Of a DNA stretch of 64,000 bases, positions 45,762 to 57,420 are shown piece by piece. Position numbers and translations under genes: made by a program. Origin of the DNA: Tubulanus polymorphus (Eukaryota > Animalia > Nemertea). Where the stretch lies: contig NC_134029.1 of the NCBI RefSeq assembly GCF_964204645.1, positions 8,954,850 through 9,018,849 on the forward strand, in the 5' to 3' direction. The notes below the pieces were generated by a model that saw only the letters and a program-made list of their open reading frames with translations, was not told where the DNA came from and searched no databases. Within the stretch, counting starts at the first letter, position 1. Every line of letters begins with the position of its first letter.

Positions 45762-45912
45762 ATAACCACACTCAAAAGTGGTGAACGGATGATAAGATAA
45801 AGAACCACTTCTTAAACAAATTAAAAGTTTAGAAAAAACTAGAATCTATTCAATCAAAAAATTAAAAGAACACGACATATCGATCTCACTCTAGATCATC
45901 GTCAGGTGTGAG
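45762..45912 (-). mobile_element. Penelope-like pLTR remnant with degenerate hammerhead motif (family H1)
   Basis: Minus strand ACAC-CTGACGA-T-GATCT-agagtg-AGATC-GATA-TGTC-GTGT (GAAA mutated), then an AT-rich tail ending ccacttttgagtgtggttat. Confidence 0.72.
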
Positions 45913-46841
45913 GACTATTCTTAGGTAAAGTTACGTTGCATTTGGTCGATTGTAAAGATTTTGTTTTACCTGACAATAGGATAAGTGGAGGATTCTTCAG
46001 GAATATGATCTAAAACAAGTGTAGTGTAGTAGAGTGGGCAACCAATATACATGTTTACAAAAGTTTGGGTTTAAATGAGGCTACCAAAGCGTTACTGTGG
46101 TATCAATTCAAGCATTTCCTCGTTGTTGAAAACATTCTTCGCACGTCTTGTTTCAAGTATGCAACACACGATCGCGTGCTTTTCGAGACGCAAAAATTTC
46201 GCATTATAATTGATATCGAATCATCATCGAATCATGTAATTCGACATCAAACGAACCTTCTGACACTCGAAAACACTCGACTTGTCAGTCATCTTTTACA
46301 GAGAAGATACCTTAACATACCGAAAACTTTCCCGCTAAGCAGAGCGCAAGGTTTAAGAGCCGGTGTTTTGAAGATTCGCGTTGCGGCATTAGGCGTTCGC
46401 GGATCTGGTGGGATCGAGTTGAAAAAATTTATCGAAGTATAGAATGAAAATGTAAGGCGAGGCATTTGCGGGAAGTTGAAGAACGTACAAGAAAATATAA
46501 AAGTTCCATCGGCGAAAACATGAAACACCGCCGAAGCACCAATCCTATTTATTATAAGACGGCTTAATTTGCGGATATGCCAACAAATCAAGCATCAGTT
46601 CCTCGAGAATGAGCCGTTCCGACATTAAACAGTTTATGGAAGGCGTTCCCCCAATTAAGGAGAACAAGTAGCCGTGGATCGCGCGTACGTTGCGTATGAG
46701 TTGAGAAGGCTTTTACGAAACGAGGCGTTTTACAGCGTTTATTCTATCGCTAAATGATCAAAGGATTAGATATCATCAAAATGTCGGTATACATCGGCAG
46801 GCAGATTCTGACGGTAAGTGAACTTAATTGCGACATCTTCA

Positions 46842-47189
46842 CATCCTTCCTCGGCAGGGATTCCAACCTGATAGCATCGCTCAACTTAAACCACGGCACG
46901 AGACCCTGCTACACTATAGACCTGGTGCGCTGGTATATACCACAGGGTTGCCGCAAGAAAACTTGCGGCAACAATGAGATTGCCCGTTGTATAATCACCG
47001 AGGCAAATTTCACGGATAAACTATAAATGGAAAATCGCGGGCTAAAATAAAGCTGGGTCTAAAATAAAGCGGCTGATAATGACATCATATAAGCTGCGTA
47101 TCTAGCTGCGCTCTTGGTCTAGTGGGGCAGGATTTCGTAACGCAGCGAGTCTCGATGCCATCCGGTTCGAATCCCTGCCGGGGAGGATG
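46842..47189. mobile_element. MITE, CATCCTCCC-TIR family (older copy)
   Basis: catccttcctcggcagggattccaacctgatagcatcg ... cgatgccatccggttcgaatccctgccggggaggatg, collinear with 23977-24315. TSD not recognisable. Confidence 0.85.
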
Positions 47190-48102
47190 CCGCTTAAGCG
47201 CGATGATCAAAACCGATTCTATACGAATTATCACGCCGATTCGGAGACACGGGTCAAAAACGGATAAAATGAATTCGCCATGAAAAATCGAAGAAGGCGG
47301 AAAACATCGTGAGATGAATACTAAACTATTTTTTTTCGGTTCGGAAACCATCATCAGTTAGCAACGGGATACGAAAAGAAATTATTCCTCAAATTAATCT
47401 CTCACCAGAATAAAGCGGACATATGGTACAATTCCCAGATCCCTCTCCCCTCGCATCCAACTTTCCCCATCTCTTTTCCCACGTATTGGCCTTTATATTC
47501 GCCTCATTACTTCGTACGGAAAAGTTTTTTGAGATATCCAGAAAAAAGGTGATCGCTAGTTTTCCGATACGACGAACACAAGGACGAAAGCGAACGTGCC
47601 TGGGCTCAATTCGACGTGAAACTCGTTTCCGTAAAGCGTTACCTCTTCCAAAAAAAGCTACAGTCCGGATTAGGTTGTTTAAAGGTTTACATTTGAATAG
47701 TTGAACAGAGACTTTCGAATTGAATATAGCAAAATTTAAACTGTGATTTGTGATAGAATGATTGGAAATGATTTAAAATATGTATCTTAGTAATTTCTGT
47801 ACACTTATGTATCCGCGAGAAACTGGCGCTCCAATCACGGTTATTTCGTAAATAGCACAAGTAACGTGCCTCCCGAATAAACCCCCAAAATCTATTGGTG
47901 GGATATCCACGTAAAGACGTAACTGCTAGACTAACTGCGTGCGACGAAGCTACATTAGTGTATTTTGATGTTCGTTAGAAAATAATGTCCTTCTCGTTTG
48001 TACATTCAAAATTTCAACTCAAACGGTCAAAATACTCTTCGAATATATCCCCAGTTCCTTAAAGCTATGCACAAAAATGGATTAGCTCCACGGGTGCGTA
48101 TG

Positions 48103-48433
48103 TACGGAAGAGCATAGCGGCCACATGACAATTTTAATTTTCTAAGTAAAAATTTCGACTTTAAAACTCGAAATTTCGACTTTGAAACTCGAATGAATTA
48201 GCATGCTCGACGTCCACCCCGTCAATTTTAGATTAGAACGACGTTATCGTGCTTGCTAAGGCAGTATCTAAACCTAACTTGAGGAGAGAACTATAAAACT
48301 GACCTCGTTGTACCATGGTGTTAATTTTACAACATAGCGCCCGCCCATGTGTTAAAAAGTCAAAATTTCGAGTTTCAAAGCTGAAATTTCGACTTAAAAA
48401 AACATTTTCATGTAGCCGCAATGCTCTTCCGTA
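48103..48433. mobile_element. non-autonomous DNA transposon with TAC..GTA termini and 6-bp TSD (IS3EU-like)
   Basis: TIR tacggaagagcatagcggccacatga / tcatgtagccgcaatgctcttccgta, subterminal aaatttcgacttt repeats, perfect cgtatg/cgtatg duplication. Confidence 0.85.
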
Positions 48434-49547
48434 CGTATGTGATATTCCACTCTCTAACAGGAGAATTACGAACGGTTTTGCGGTTACTAGAAGCACGGGA
48501 CACCCGAGTGAGTTCACACTTCTAACGAGGGGATTTGTTTTTATTATTTTTTCAATCCTCAGACGGTTTCATCTTTTTCAGCGTACAAGCCTAAATACTC
48601 AAGGTAAACATATCATATCAAGCTGTATCGGTTAAAACATTGCCCCTAAAAATGCATGCCCAATAAAATCTCTATTCCCCGGTTCCTAACATTTCCTTTC
48701 AGACGATAGTCTTAGTGCATATTTGAATTTCAATAAATTTAATAATACCTTTCCGTATTACAATTTCCATTCATTTCTCGTGATATCCTAAATTCTATTT
48801 CATAATTCAAATGATTGAAAATATTCTCGAGACATGAAATTTTGCTGCATGAAAAAAATCACAGATAAAACTCGCTTACCTTATTACGATGATGATATAT
48901 ATTTTACGTTGTCAACTTATGCGTTAATCTGTTCGGATAATCCGCATGTAAATCCTTACTCCGGTTCGTATTTCGGTTAACTGTACGGGGGGACTGTTCG
49001 CGTTGGCTCAGTACCGATGATGGTCGACCACGGTGCAGACTGCAAACTGAGATATATTCGAGCGCGCGAACCACTTTGCTTCCTCGCGTTCAACTAGTAG
49101 ACAACGCAGTCGGCGCACTATCAATTCTCCTGCCATAACAACAACAATATCAGAAATCGGTCGTGAATTCGAAAGTCGATTTTTTCATTCAACGGATTTT
49201 GAGAATCGGGATGCGTACGACATTACCAGTAATATTCGAATTGACCTAATGGTTGCCCGAGGCCTAAAAACTTCTCGCAGCCTCACGCATATACCATCAC
49301 AATACTGATCGTAATATCAGATTCGGTGTTCTGTCTATTGAGATTTCAAAATAGTTCTTTTCATTCGTTTATGGCTTTTTTTTGTTTCTCAGCTCGAATA
49401 TCCTAACCGTAGAATTTAATTTCATTTGTTTGTCTAACAAAATGGAAATTACGGCAGAAAAGATAAACTTGTATTCATCACGATTGCATAGAAATATGAT
49501 ACAAAAGTACAAGCATATTCGATAGTTTAAAACCCATAGTTTAAAAC

Positions 49548-49690
49548 CCACTATATACAGAATTTAAGAGATTAAAAACGAATTTAATTCATCAAGTATT
49601 AAAATCAAAATACACGACGTTTCGAACTCTCACTAGAGATCACCATTCAGGTGTCTCATTATCCGTAATCCACGTCAGAGTGTGGCTATT
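49548..49690 (-). mobile_element. Penelope-like pLTR remnant with degenerate hammerhead motif and inverted 3'-end fragment (family H1)
   Basis: Minus strand ACAC-CTGAATGG-T-GATCTCT-agtg-AGAGTTC-GAAA-CGTC-GTGT. Positions 49655-49690 on the plus strand (ctcattatccgt..ccac..gagtgtggctat) resemble the family's 3' end in the opposite orientation. Confidence 0.68.
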
Positions 49691-50982
49691 CTACGATTTC
49701 AAGAGTGTTTATATGCCAATCATTTAAACATTGAAATGCTGGTAAGGTGGATAGCATGAATTTTCACAAATGATTAAGATTAAGATGTAACTTGATCGTT
49801 CCCGACCACATTACGTGGTATAAGGATTACAATAACAGTAAGTATATAAAATGTTATAAGAATACGGAATGTTAAAGTTACACAAGATTATTATCATCAT
49901 TATAAATTAAAAATGTACTAATTCTTGCAAAAATCTAGTACAATCGTCCTAGTCTACTATATATTTTTGGTTTTGCCGACATGGTAATCGCCATAATGTT
50001 TTTAACTTGAGTCTATATATCGAAATAGATCAGTGCAATACAACATGATATACGACTTTCTAATACGTGATTTCGATGCAATTTGTATCAATATCAATAC
50101 GAATGATGCAGTAATAATGACTGTAATTTTTTTTAAATTTCTTACATTTTTGGTGATGGACAAACTATAGAAATTAATGATCTTCAAATCTAACGTTTAT
50201 AGAAATTACTATATTTCTTATTCAAATTGATGATTTCGTAGTTTCGTAGATGGCTGTGAAAGCAAGATATAATAACCAATGTTTTTAATGATTTTATTTC
50301 TTAAGAAGCTATTGTGGAAATGCATAAACAAAACAGATTGCAGCTGTTGTCCACATTTCGGTTCAAATAATTGGCCTTATAATAATCTATTAGAAAAATC
50401 TACTTTATTCGGTAGTTATATGAATGGTATTTACACATGTATGTGGTGAACATGCTAGGCATACACGAATTAGGACAAACTGCTATATAAATCCAACTCT
50501 TCGTTTCATTGTCATATTGAATAAAACCTTTTTCTTTATTTGAGGAGATCGCGTGTCCAACTGTTTTAATTCGATTCACCTTTCGAATTAGAATTTAGAT
50601 ATAAGTGATAACTTTGAAGTTACACTAAACGATTCGCACACGCTTAAAGTCTCCTTGCAACCGCACAGTCATCAAACATGATAGATTTTCCGCTCACAAC
50701 CTCTCGACAAAAAATATCGCATAAAATATGAAAAGCAACCGCCGCGCACACTACTAAAAGAGGACATGTCGAGCAATTATTCAGCGGAGTGAACTCTGAT
50801 GATTGGCCCGCTAGACACGGAGAAAAAGGAGTCGCGGCGATTTTTTAGCTCGGTCGCGCGGTAAACACCTCCGGGCTGTTTTACCAATCTACTTAACCTG
50901 CACTTTAAAGATTAAAGACGGTAGATTCGTTTTTCACGAAGAAACGTCACTTCAAACGACTCGAAGGCTTTTTTGTGAAAAT

Positions 50983-51560
50983 TAGCTCCGTCGATGGACG
51001 TCGGATGAGCGAGATGGGCAGGAGTGAACTTGGTTAGTAGCGAATTCCTTTCATGAGTTTTTTTTTTACAGTTACAAGATTTACAGTTACTGTAATGCCT
51101 CATTGTAGACAAGGGGCCGCTTTTTGGAATGGTTTTGACTCTAAGCCTGGGGTTACCTCATTGAAAATGAGCTCTGTCGATGGACGGCGGATGAGATGGG
51201 CAGGAGATGATTGAAATGAATTCTTTTCATTACTTTTAAGAAGATCTACTGTAGTTACTGTTATTTCATATTCTTGTTAGTGTAAAGATTTAACCACGGC
51301 TAGGTCGAACCATCTTCCACGTTATTACTGGCAAAATCCATATTCCTTTAAATATTTTAACTAAATGTCGAATATCAAATACCAGAAAACGATATGTGAT
51401 TTCCTCACCGAAGTTTCCAATTTTATGTAATCTTTTGTTTCCACATGTTTGTATTATCAAATTATGGAATAAAGTTATTGCATTGTATTGTAATAACAAT
51501 AATGAATTGAGTATGAAAATTTAGTATGTAATGCCGCATTCGAGACAAGGGCCGCTTTTT
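50983..51560. repeat. local tandem duplication (unit about 190 bp) with an insertion of about 260 bp in the second copy
   Basis: agct..gtcgatggacg.cggatgag..atgggcaggag at about 50983 and 51170; tgtaatgcc.catt..agacaaggg..ccgcttttt at about 51091 and 51527. Confidence 0.8.
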
Positions 51561-51675
51561 AGACTGGTATTGTTTTTTGAACTGGTAGGGATACCTCAAA
51601 CCCAGGGTTAACTCATTTAAAATGAATTGCGTTAGCCCCGGGGTTAACGATCACACCGGACTGTAAAACCAGGCC
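51550..51675. mobile_element. palindromic PIF/Harbinger-like MITE
   Basis: Same family as 31140-31249 (tagactggtatt, aacccagggttaactca, ccccggggttaa), with aag/aag flanks. Confidence 0.7.
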
Positions 51676-52599
51676 AAGGAATTTATAAGTACCTATATAC
51701 GGGTGAAAGCGCCAGGATTTATAGAACACACGCTGCCTGAACTGAGATTTACAGTACGAATCGCCATTCGTTCGGATGACGATTGTGATCGTAGTTGCCC
51801 TTCAGCGAGAAACTGAGGCTGGGGTTGAATCGACCACATCTGGTAAGAAAAAAATCGGAATATCGTCAGCAACCCGTTCATCGTCATCCTCATCCGACCG
51901 ACGAGCTTTCCCGACATTGTTTCGCGAGTATCGTCGCAGCTCGGATTTTTAAAAGGTACATCAATACGGATATAGTCTAACGGTTAACAGAAACAACAGG
52001 ATTTGATTTAAGTCCGATGACAGCTGATTAAACACGGTAGTAACCATTTAAATAACGTCGCCATATATGGCAGGACTATACCCGAGAGCTGCGCTATACT
52101 GGCCGCGATTTCTTACCGAAAAACACGGCGATCTTAATTTGAAACGATAAACACGCGTCGTAAACAACCGAATCACGATCTTAACGATAATCACCGCGGG
52201 ACTATCAGCTCGCAACGAGCGACAATCAGCTACAATAAACCGGACTTTATCGCGTCTTACTGCCGCGGTGCCGGTATTAAAGTACCACTGCGCAGTGGCC
52301 GGCAGTGCTATTCCTGCCGGTATACCGATAACGTCTCCCAATACGCAAATATTTTTCTTTTTTTTTGAGGACGAAAAAAGTGTCCGAAATAGCAAATTGA
52401 ATTTGTCCCTTTTCTATTCGTTGCGGCTATATTAGATTCGCGGACTTGAATAGCTCTCTTCCACAGCTGTGAATATAAACGTAAATGCGATCTACCAACA
52501 AAATAAAATCTGTCGAAATACATTTGCGCGAACTGTAGAAGCTGGTTAAGTGGATCCAGGCCGAACCATATTTCTATATTTATCTGACTACGGTGTATG

Positions 52600-52727
52600 C
52601 ACAGCTGTTACATAACTTAACGACTGGATGACTGGACAACTGGACAATGGGATGACCGGATGATGAGGGTGATGATGGTGGAGATGATGTACCTTTTCAC
52701 CTGTCAACAGTCGGCAGGTCTGAAAAT
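52600..52727 (-). mobile_element. Helentron-associated (HINE/DINE-1-like) end fragment
   Basis: Degenerate 8-mer repeats (gactggat/gactggacaa), then hairpin acctgtc..ggcaggt and a terminal gaaaa. Confidence 0.4.
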
Positions 52728-54575
52728 AACGTCAAAATGAAGGACCGAATTGACAGCCAAGATATGAAATATGCTTCACTTGGGCCAATTGACACCAACT
52801 AAGGAATTTCTTTAGAATACATTTGCTGTCCGACAGAAATATCCCGATAGCCTCGACATATGACGATTGATACGCAAAAAAACAGGAAATTTAGAATAAA
52901 ACTTCCTATTTTGTCCTTTTACTATGAAAAAGATATGACAACAACATGCTACGATAGTCTTGACGACATGAGATACAATTACCAACCATAACATCGTACG
53001 GTCAGATTGAGTACAGTTATCAGTTATCGGCGCAATGTGCAGTGTATTTAAGCCTGAAATTCAGTCATTATGCTTGAAGGGCTCGAGAGAGCGACTATCG
53101 GAGTAGCGGTCCATTTGCTACATACGCCGCGCGAATTATCAACATCGTGATGGACGCTTGACGTCCATTGGACCATGTGCTGCTGATAGGCATTGATCAT
53201 TGAACCGTCGTTATACATTCGGGTAGAACCACACACCCGTAAATAAGCAAACCAACTAGCTCATACACGCTCGTAAACGTGCAACAGTGATACACCGCAC
53301 CACCATTAAACTACATGTACTCAACTCAGATATCTTGTCTTGATATTTTCAAAAGCTGAATCATTTCAATTCATAATTGCCACATGCTAAACCACCCAGT
53401 GTTTCATTTCTGCTCAAAACTTATTAGAAATCACAAAAATTACGTCATATCTGGAAAACATGACTCTGGAAACCGCTTTAAGCCGTCTAATCACTATGGT
53501 TCGCTCTCTAGGAAACAGTTAAATGCACGAAAATAATTTTGCTGTTATGTAGATATTTTTTTCGGTCCAAGTGTTGAATATAGGCTAAATAGTGCAAAGG
53601 TATAGGCAAGTGTTCCACACGTGGGTAGTGATTTATCATTCTTTATTCACGAATTTTGAATAACATCAGAAAATTACAGGTGATAACAAGATTAATTCAA
53701 GTCGATGGACACCAGGAGAAGTTACAAACCTGTATCCATTGCGATTTCCATGGGCACCAGGGCTATGTATTTAATACATTGAACGCATATGAATATTGAA
53801 CATAACGAAATCGTGAGCCAAATGCCATGGGTTTTGACAAATCTAAGGATAATTTATTAGCGTGAAACCACGTGGTTAGTTTAATCAAGTTAACTGGGCA
53901 CGGTCAGAACAAGAAGTTTAGTCTTAACGGTCTCGCGACGACATTTAGTGTCATTTGCAAACGCGGTCATTGGTGTAAATTACGAAAAGTTACTTTTCAA
54001 TTTGAACAGTCTTTGTCTATTTTCATAATAATTTCTAAACGAGAAAAATGCTTGACCTTTAATTCATAAAAATCCAATTTTGACAATTAATCTTTCATGA
54101 TTGACTGTATAAAAAGATTTTTGGTAGATCCAAATACACATCAATAAATATCAATAGTCGGATTTCCATGTCCCTATATCAGCCGCCATAAATATACTTT
54201 CCACCAACCCTAGCAAAACATTAGTCTAAACGTATAATTTCATGGATTTGTAATTAAAGATGAAATTAAAAATAGGTGTACATTTAATTCATTTCCAACC
54301 ATTAAAAAAGCCATTGCGACCGATGTCATTTGATAATCTTATGGGGTTTATCGGATGGTAAACCTTTAATCAATGGAAAATGTTTTTCTGAAAAACTTAC
54401 TTCATGACAAGTTCATGGTTATGATTAATTATCTAACTATCTGTTTCTCCTGTTTTTTGGAACTGCCGAATATCGAATCTCGCTCCGTAGAGCTCACTTG
54501 AAATTGATTCCTAATCATTCTTAAGTTGTAGTTCATTTTCATAAATCTTTAACCAAAAACTGTGTTACCGGGCTC

Positions 54576-54784
54576 TACGGAAGCGTCCTGGGGACATAAC
54601 TAATTTCTTTGCTGATTAGAAAATCATAAAATTGAATAAAAATTCGATTTAATTACGTGAAAAAAGTCGGAATCAAATCAACGCCAGTCGAAAAAACATA
54701 ACATTCAATAAAAAATCGAATTTTTATCTAATTTTATGATTTTTCAATCACCAAAAATAAAGATGTCCCCATGACGCTTCCGTA
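54576..54784. mobile_element. foldback MITE with TACGGAAG termini (IS3EU-like), about 250 bp upstream of the GPCR ATG
   Basis: TIR tacggaagcgtcctggggacat / atgtccccatgacgcttccgta; arms pair over about 80 bp. No matching TSD. Confidence 0.8.
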
Positions 54785-55036
54785 ATTTCCATACCAGTTT
54801 AACAGAAAATAATTTTCTCATGCCGTTGGAAAATGTTTTCCCCCAACAAAGTTATAATCAACCATTCATACGTAGTTTATTCACTGAAATGCATATAGCT
54901 TAATACGCATTAAGATGGTAAAACGAGCATTTGAATGCCTTCTAGATTATATTATGTTTGTGTGTATATACATGTATATATTCTGTCAATTTGATCCAAT
55001 TCTTGCCAATTTGAAGCAGTTGTTCATCAATGCAGG

Positions 55037-55993
55037 ATGTTAGAAATCAATTCTTCGGGCATTATTCCTTATCGCGGTTACCAAAGTCTCGTTACGATGG
55101 ACCGACTTCTCCACGTGTATCTCCAACCGTGTATCATAATACTGGGGGTTTTCGGCAATTGTTGTTCGATTACGGTCATGCGACAAACTCGTTACCGTAA
55201 ATCGAGTGACTGTTTCTACATGACACTTTTAGCTGTATTCGACAACTTCATACTCGTCGGGGTATATCTTCTCAATTATCTCAAATTCGTCAACCCAAAA
55301 TGGCCTGCGGTCATCCTATACTGTCGCATGCTGTTGTTGTTCGTTTATTCCACCTTCGGCTGGTCGAACTGCACCTTATTAGCTATGACTTTTGACCGAT
55401 TTGTGGCTATTTGCTTCCCGATGAGAGCTAGGCTAGTCTGCACGAAACGCCGCGCCAAAGTTTACGTTGTAATTATGTTTAGCACATTGCTGGCTTATGC
55501 ATTACCCAACCTGTTTTGGGGTTCTTCGATACGTCGCCGTTACGACGCGTACCCGGTGTGTTTTTTCATTCCGCCCTCGGTAATCATACAACGAGTTTAT
55601 GACACCGTTTATCTAGTAGCGATGACCGTTCTGCCGTTGATCGTTCTAGCAGTATTAAACGCGTGCATCGTCGTTACCATTCGAACATCGAGCTCAACGC
55701 GACGCAGACTTACGATTGAAACGACCGACCATACGCCGCCCACTGTACCACAAGCCCAGATCACGTTCATGCTATTACTCGTCACTCATACATTCATCAT
55801 ACTCCATATCCCTTACTTAGTTATATTTCTCTTGATAATGGCTCGAAAGAGACCTAGTACTTTACTTTCATCATTATTCAGCATTTCTAAATTGATATTA
55901 TCCCTGAACCCGATGATTAACTTTTATGTTTATTGTTTAGGAGGAAGAAAGTTTCGTAAAGACTTCTCCAAATTATTTTGTTGCCAAAAATGA
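55037..55993 (+). CDS. class A (rhodopsin-like) GPCR, FMRFamide/peptide receptor-like, intronless CDS, 318 aa
   Basis: Seven hydrophobic segments. TM1 GVFGN, TM2 LAVFD, TM3 Cys and AMTFDRFVAICFP, TM5 LP..LN, TM6 F....IP, TM7 NPMINFYVY, helix 8 KFRKDF, terminal CC. N-glycosylation sequon NSS near the N-terminus; AATAAA at about 56032. Confidence 0.93.
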   Translation: MLEINSSGIIPYRGYQSLVTMDRLLHVYLQPCIIILGVFGNCCSITVMRQTRYRKSSDCFYMTLLAVFDNFILVGVYLLNYLKFVNPKWPAVILYCRMLLLFVYSTFGWSNCTLLAMTFDRFVAICFPMRARLVCTKRRAKVYVVIMFSTLLAYALPNLFWGSSIRRRYDAYPVCFFIPPSVIIQRVYDTVYLVAMTVLPLIVLAVLNACIVVTIRTSSSTRRRLTIETTDHTPPTVPQAQITFMLLLVTHTFIILHIPYLVIFLLIMARKRPSTLLSSLFSISKLILSLNPMINFYVYCLGGRKFRKDFSKLFCCQK

Positions 55994-57420
55994 GAAAATC
56001 GTTATTTATGATTTTCCTCGATATAAAATGAAATAAACGGGAATTATGACTCGTTGATGTAGGATCTGTGTATATCAACAGGTTACCGACGTAATATTCC
56101 AATCAAAGGGAAATCATAAATGAAACCATCTATATGTACATTCATCACAGCCGATGTGTCCCCGATTTACCAGCAGACGCGAGTAAGCAGTATGTTCATG
56201 TTTGTACTAAACAGAAATTGCCACCGGAGATTCAAAGCGCCATGCGTACATATATAAAATACCAAGAAATACAAGATTATGGCATTTTCGATTATCGATA
56301 TCCAGGCTGGACGGTATATACATGTATTGTATAGTAGCGTTTCTTTTCCCACGGGCACCCGGCATTCAACTTGTATGCCATATCAGCGACAACCACATTT
56401 GCAAGATTAATGAATCGTAATTGCCACCCTATGCGACAATATGGCATCGCATAACTTCGTTTTTGTCAAGTTCTTTTTCCAAGCCGCCAGTTCAGACTGA
56501 TCACCAGCTGAAATCGGAGAACATGCCAGACAGCGATGTTACATGTATATCGTCGTTTTTCTTCTCGGTAGGAAAAAAGAAGACGAACGTGACAAATTTG
56601 TTATGCGTACGTAGTACATGGACGATCGGATGAGAAAATGTTAACCCATTCAATGGTGTCGAAAGGAAAGCATTTTGCAAAGAAACACTTGGTGGCACGT
56701 GGTGGGCCCTATGATGTAATCTTATACACGATGTATCCCTTTCGAAATGGAAAAGTGGAAAAATTCGGAAAATATATAATATGATATGATTTACTTTTCA
56801 CTTAAGGATAACAATGAGATTAACAATATAAATGCCGAACTAACATCAATAAGTGAGGTTGTAGTCGCAGGGCCCACAAGCTGTAACAACTTTGGATCAA
56901 GCCAAGTGGTGACTGTACCCAAAAACAAATAAAAGATAAATATGATACTATACGAGATGGATGAAATGAGACATGACAAATTTATATAAAGACACTAGTT
57001 ATAGAGTATCTTCTTATTAAGCTGATCTCACTTTTTGTTTCCAATGATCAATAGGTAATTCGAAGGGTAAAAACGGAAAATCCGGTTGCTGCAGTATTAT
57101 TTGTATCACGTACATAGAAGGATCAACGGGCGCCACTCGAACAGTTTTACACAACGTACGTTCACGCTTTTAAACGAGGTCGATGAGATCTTGAGCTAAA
57201 GGCTTTAGTTGCCTAATTTCCCACGAGATCCCGGTACCGAAACAAAAAAGATGCATTTAATCGATACTTTCACAGTTAACACACAAAGTCTACATGAATG
57301 CAGTAAGTTTTATTTCATTTCACCGACATGCTATAAATGCTATTCATCACTATAGTTCAGAGCGGGACTCTACATCATAACCGATTACCGATGCCCTATA
57401 TATAATTTCATCTCCTGCAG

